Shown in pieces: positions 55,701-61,700 of a DNA stretch of 64,000 nt. The translations under genes were made by a program, and so were the position numbers. How positions within the stretch are numbered: position 1 is the stretch's first letter; the number at the start of each line of letters is the position of its first letter. The stretch is from Thermodesulfobacteriota bacterium (lineage in GTDB: Bacteria; Desulfobacterota_D; UBA1144; Nemesobacterales; Mycalebacteriaceae). The stretch is taken from positions 448,001 to 512,000 of the forward strand of contig OZ242184.1 in NCBI GenBank assembly GCA_965205855.1, given 5' to 3'. The notes under the pieces are model-generated. The model saw only the letters and a program-made list of their open reading frames with translations. It was not told where the DNA came from and did not search any database.

Positions 55701-58700
55701 CCAATAACCCGCCCACCACCAGCGCGCTGGCGGCCACGACTGCTGAGGACACCCCCTATACCTTTGCGTCGGCCAATTTCCCCTTTGACGATCCGGACGC
55801 CGGCGATAGCCTGCAAGCAGTGCGCATCGATAGCCTGCCCGCCAGCGACCGTGGCAGCCTGGCGCTGGGCACGGGCACGAGCGCTACGGCGGTGAGCCCG
55901 GGGCAGGTGATTGAGGTTGGGGAGATTGGGACTCTGGTGTTCACGCCGGCGGCCAATTTCACCGGCTTTGTTCCCTTCGAGTACAGCGTCTCCGATGGCG
56001 AGGATTTTAGTAGTAGAAGCCTGGTAATCTTCACCGTGACCGCGGTCAATGACCCGCCCACCACCAGCGCGTTCACGGTCACCACAAACGAGGATACCCC
56101 CTATACCTTTGGGTTGGCGGACTTTTCCTTTGCCGATGTCGAGGGCGATAGCCTGCAAGCGGTGCGCATCGCTACGCTACCCGACAGCGCCAACGGCAGC
56201 CTGGCGCTGAACGGCACAGCGGTCACCGTGGCCCAAGTGATTCCCGTTGCAGATATTCCGACTCTGGTCTATACCCCGGTGACCAATGTCAACGGCGATG
56301 CGACCTTCACCTTCAGCCTCTCCGACGGCACTGACTTCAGTACCCCGCCCGCCACGACAACCGTCAGCGTGACCGCGGTCAATGACGCGCCCACCATCAG
56401 CGGCCTCCCCGACAAAACCGGGGTGCAAGGGGAGGACTATAGTTTCACGCCGGGCGGCGGCGATGTGGATGGCGACCCGCTGGTATACGACATCACCAAT
56501 ATGCCAGGCTGGGCTACTTTCAGCACCACGACCGGGGCCTTGACCGGCACGCCACAGAGCACCGATGTCGGTACCACCACGGACATTATCATCAGCGTCA
56601 CTGATAACATCATCGCCACGCCGATAGCCCTTGGCGCCTTCAACATCGAAGTCACCGCCACCGCTGGCACCAATATGCCGCCCACCGCCGATGCCGGTTC
56701 AAATCAGAGGCTCAGCAAGGGCGCAGAAGTCACGCTGAATGGCACGGGCAGTGACGACCCTGACGGCGATAATGCAAACCTGATCTACCTTTGGGAACGG
56801 ACTGCCGGCCCCACCGAGGTGACTTTAAGCAGTACGGCAGCCCCGCAGCCAACCTTCACCATTCCAACCCTGATACCGACATCTGGCCCGGACTCCTACA
56901 CTTTCAGTCTGGTCGTTAGCGACGGGCAGGCATCGTCCGCCGCCGCCACCGTCAGAATCTTTATCAGACCGCTGTTTCTTGACACCATCGCGAATCAGAC
57001 CTTCAGCACGGGCAATGCAATTACTCCTATAACTTTGCCCGAGGCGCGGGAAGGGCCCGATTTATTGCCGAGTATCAATACCTATACGCTGGCTCCTCTG
57101 CCGGCTGGACTGGCCTTTGATTCTGCCAGCCGCACACTGTCTGGTACGCCGACCAGCGTCGGAACCTTTAACCTGACCTACACCGCGACGAATGGGGACG
57201 GAGACACGGATTCACTGAGCTTTGCCATTGAAGTCACCCCCAACAACCCGCCCACCACCAGCGGATTCAGGGTCACCACAGCCGAGGATACCCCCTATAC
57301 CTTTGCCTTTGCGGCGACGGACTTCCCCTTTGACGATCTGGACGCCGGCGATAGCCTGCAACGGGTGCGCATCGATACCCTGCCCGCCAGCGCCAGCGGT
57401 AGCCTGGCGCTGGGCGGTACGCCGGTTCGCATGAACCAGGAGATTCTCGTTGCCGGTATTCCGAATCTGGTGTTCACGCCGGTGGCCAATTTCAACGGCG
57501 ATGCGACCTTCACCTTCAGCCTCTCCGACGGCGATGATTTTAGTGCCACGGCCACGGCAACCGTCAGCGTGGTTAATAACCCGCCCACCACCAGCGGGCT
57601 GGCGATCACCACCGACGAGGATATCCCCCATACCTTTGCGGCGGCGGAGTTTAACTTTGCCGATGTCGACACTAACGATATGCTGGAGCAAGTGCGCATA
57701 GATACCCTGCCCGGCACCGGCAGCCTGACCCTGAACGGCACAGAGATCATCGCTATGCAAGAGATTGACGTTGCCGACATCAACAACGGCAACCTGATCT
57801 ATACCCCAGCCGCAAATCTCCGCGGCATGGACAGCTTCACCTTCAGCGTCTCCGACGGCACCGACTTCAGTACCCCGGCCGCCATGGCGACCGTCACCAT
57901 CGGCGCCGTCAATGATGCGCCCACCGGATTACCGATCATTAGCGGCACGGCGACCGAGGGCCAGACCCTGACGGCGGATACCTCGGGAATTGAAGATGAT
58001 GATGGCCCCGATACTCTGCCGTTCACCTATCAATGGAACCGGAACGACGGAACCACGGATACGGCGATCAGCGACGCGACCTCTGCAACCTACACCCTGA
58101 CCCAGGGCGATGTGGGCGAGGTGATCACCGTGACGGTCAGCTACCAGGATGGAGGAGGCAATGATGAGAGTCTGACCAGCGCGCCCACGGAGGCGGTGGC
58201 GGCGGCCATCACCCCCAATACCCCGCCCACCTCAAGCGGGCTGGATGTTACGCTGGACGAGGATGGCAGCCATACTTTTGCGGTCGCCCAGTTTAATTTT
58301 GCCGATACCGACAGCGGCGATAGCCTGGAAGCGGTGCGCATCGATAGCCTGCCCGCCAACGGTGGCCTGGCTCTGAACGGCACAGCGGTGATCGTGGCCC
58401 AAGAGATTCCCGTTGCCGGTATTCCGAATCTGGTCTATACCCCGGCGGCCAATGTCCACGGCATGGACAGCTTCACCTTCAGCGTCTCCGACGGCACTGA
58501 TTTTAGTACCCCGCCCTCCACGGCAACCATCACCATTAACTCGGTCAATGATGAGCCCAGCGGCACGGTGACGATCAGCGGCACTCCCCGGGTGGGCCAG
58601 ACCCTGATGGCGGACACCACCGGCATTACCGATGCCGATGGCCCTGATATGCTGTCATTCACCTATCAATGGCTTGCGGGTAGCAATCTTATCAGCAACT

Positions 58701-61700
58701 CGGACTCCCCAACCTACATCCTGACCGGGGACGAATTAGGCGAGATGATCAGTGTGGACGTCAGCTACATGGATGCCGATGGCATTGAGGGAGGTCTTGT
58801 CAGTGATCCCGTCGGGCCGGTGATCGCGGCAAGCACCAACAACCCGCCCACCACCAGCGGACTGACGGCCACGACTGCTGAAGACATCCCCTATACTTTT
58901 GCGGCGGGTAATTTCAACTTTAACGATACCGACAGCGGCGATAGCCTGGACGCGGTGCGCATCGATAGCCTGCCTGCCAACACCGACGGCAGCCTGGCGC
59001 TGAACGGCACAGCGGTGATCGTGACCCAAGAGATTTCCGTTGCCGGTATTCCGAATCTGGTCTATACCCCGGTGACCAATGTCAACGGCGCTGCGACCTT
59101 CACCTTCAGCGTTTCCGACGGCACTGACTTCAGTACCCCGCCTGCCACGGCAACCCTGACCGTTACTCCGGTCGATGATGATCCCATCGGATTACCGACC
59201 ATTAGCGGCACGCCCCGGGTGGGTGAGACCCTGACGGCAAACACCAGCGGCATTAGCGATGCCGATGGCCTTACGAACGTGACTTTCACCTATCAATGGC
59301 TGGCGGATGGCGGGCCCCTTAGCGGTGCGACCTTGCCGACTCTTGCCTTGACGAGTGCGAATTTGGGTGCGGATATTGAGGTACGGGTCAGCTTTACAGA
59401 CGATGCCGGCAACAATGAAGTACTGACCAGCGACCCGGTCAGTATTGAAGCGGCGGCGGCGCCTTTTCCCAGCGCTGTAATTGCACCGATTGCTCCGGCG
59501 CTGTTGCTTACTGAGAATGGCGTGGAGGGCGTGGATGGTGGCGTCACCATCACCCTGGATGGCAGTGGCAGTAGCACCACCCCCCCGGGCGGCACGCTGA
59601 CCTACGCTTGGACTGAACTCTCGGGAACTGACACCGCCCTGACCGGCGCGGTCACGGCTATGCTCAGTTTCACCACGCCCGCCCGTGCGGTGGAGGTCGC
59701 GAACCTGGTCTTCCAACTGACTGTGACCGACACCGCCAGCAATTCGGAGGGTTTTACCACCATTGGGGTAACGGTTCTGCCTACTATGGTTGAGCCTGTT
59801 GTCGCTGTGGCTGGGCCAGATCAGACCGTGTCCGCAGGCGCTACGGTGACGCTGGATGGTAGAGCCAGTACCGGCGGGACCCTGTCCTATAGCTGGGTGC
59901 AGACTGCCGCTCCCGGCGCAGGTATCCAATTGGACGATTTTGAGTCTGCCACGCCAGTTTTTACTGCGCCGGACGTGACCACTACCAGGGATTTGGAGTT
60001 CAGATTGCAAGTGATGGGATCCGGCATCAGCAGCAATTTCGACGAAGTCATCATTACCGTCGTGGGCGCGCCGAACATCTCGTCCGGCGTCAACAGCCTG
60101 AGCGCCCCCGTAGGAGTTGCCATCGAGCCGATCACCATCACCTCGACAAGCGGCGGCACGGTGGCCAGTTACAGCATAGCTCCGTCCATTGACAATGGCC
60201 TGTTCTTTGATGAGAGCACCGGCACTATCTCCGGCACGCCATTTGCATCCGCCGCTGAGGTGGTCTACACAATCACTGGGGAAAATGTCAGCGGCACGGA
60301 CACCGTCGAGGTTGCCATCACCGCCACCGATGGCAATCTGCCACCGGTAGCCAATGCCGGCACCGACCGTACGGTTAGACCCACTCTGAACTTTGTGGTC
60401 GAACTGGACGGCAGCGCCAGTTCCGACCCCGAGGGCGGGGCCCTGATCTACGTCTGGACCCAGAACGGCGAGCCCGAAGTCGGTCTGACCGGAAGGGACA
60501 CAGCAACCCCGGGTTTCACCCTGACCCAGTCCCTGCTTGATCAGTTGTCGGGAGAACCCACGCTGAGCTTCTCTTTGACGGTCACCGATGCCATGAATCA
60601 GGCTTCTGCACCTGACAGCGTAGATATTCGCTTTGATATGACGCCCCCGGTTATCAGCCTGGTCGGCGATTTTTCGGTATCCATCGGAGAGGGCGGCACC
60701 TATACGGAAGCCGGTGCGGCGGCCACGGACGCTGTTGACGGGGATATTAGCGGCGATATCAGAACGGCCATAGTCTACGATAACAACACCGTCGACACCA
60801 GCGACGACGATCTGGTTAATGCGGTCGATACCGCCAGGGTCGGCATCTACACCATCACCTACAGGGTGGCAGATACGGCGGGCAACGCTGCCACGCCGCT
60901 TATCCGCACAGTCGAGGTCGAGGACAGAACTGCCCCGGCTATCACCCTGTTAGGCGAGGCCGAGATAACCATAGCGGCGGATACTGCCTATACTGATGCC
61001 GGTGCGACGGCCATGGACAATGCTGACGGGGATATTAGCAGCGATATCAGGACGGCCATAGTCTACGATAACAACACAGCCGACACCGGCGACGACGAGA
61101 CGGTCACTGCGGTAGATACCGCCAGGGTCGGCGTCTACACCATCACCTACAACGTGGAAGATGCGGCGGGCAACGTTGCCACGGCGGCCAGCCGCAGGGT
61201 CACTGTCGAGGACAGAACCGCCCCGGTCATTGACCGGAACGGCCCTTATAGGGTATCCATCGGACAGGGCGAGACCTATACGGACGCCGGTGCGACGGCC
61301 ACGGACAATATTGACGGGGATATTAGCGGCCAGATCACAGTGAGCATTACCGATAGCAGTGGCACCACGATTACTGCGGTAGATACCGGCAGGGTTGGCG
61401 TCTACAACATCACCTACAACGTGACAGATACGGCGGGCAATGCTGCTGCGCCAAGGCGCAGGAGGGTTACTGTCACCGCGGACGTAACGCCCCCGGTTAT
61501 CACCCTGGTCGGCGCTTCTGTGGTATCCATCGACCAGGGCGGCACCTATACCGACGCCGGTGCGACGGCCACGGACGCTGTTGACGGGGATATTAGCGGC
61601 CAGATCACAGTGAGCATAGTCTACAATAACAACACCGGCGACGACGAGACGGACGACGAGACGGTTAATGCGGTCAATACCAGCAGGGTTGGCGTCTACA

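Noticed and set aside
14900-59600. Many recurring minus-strand and alternate-frame ORFs (86 aa up to 849 aa)
   Set aside because: Antisense or off-frame artefacts of GC-rich repetitive coding DNA; their period follows the adhesin repeats.
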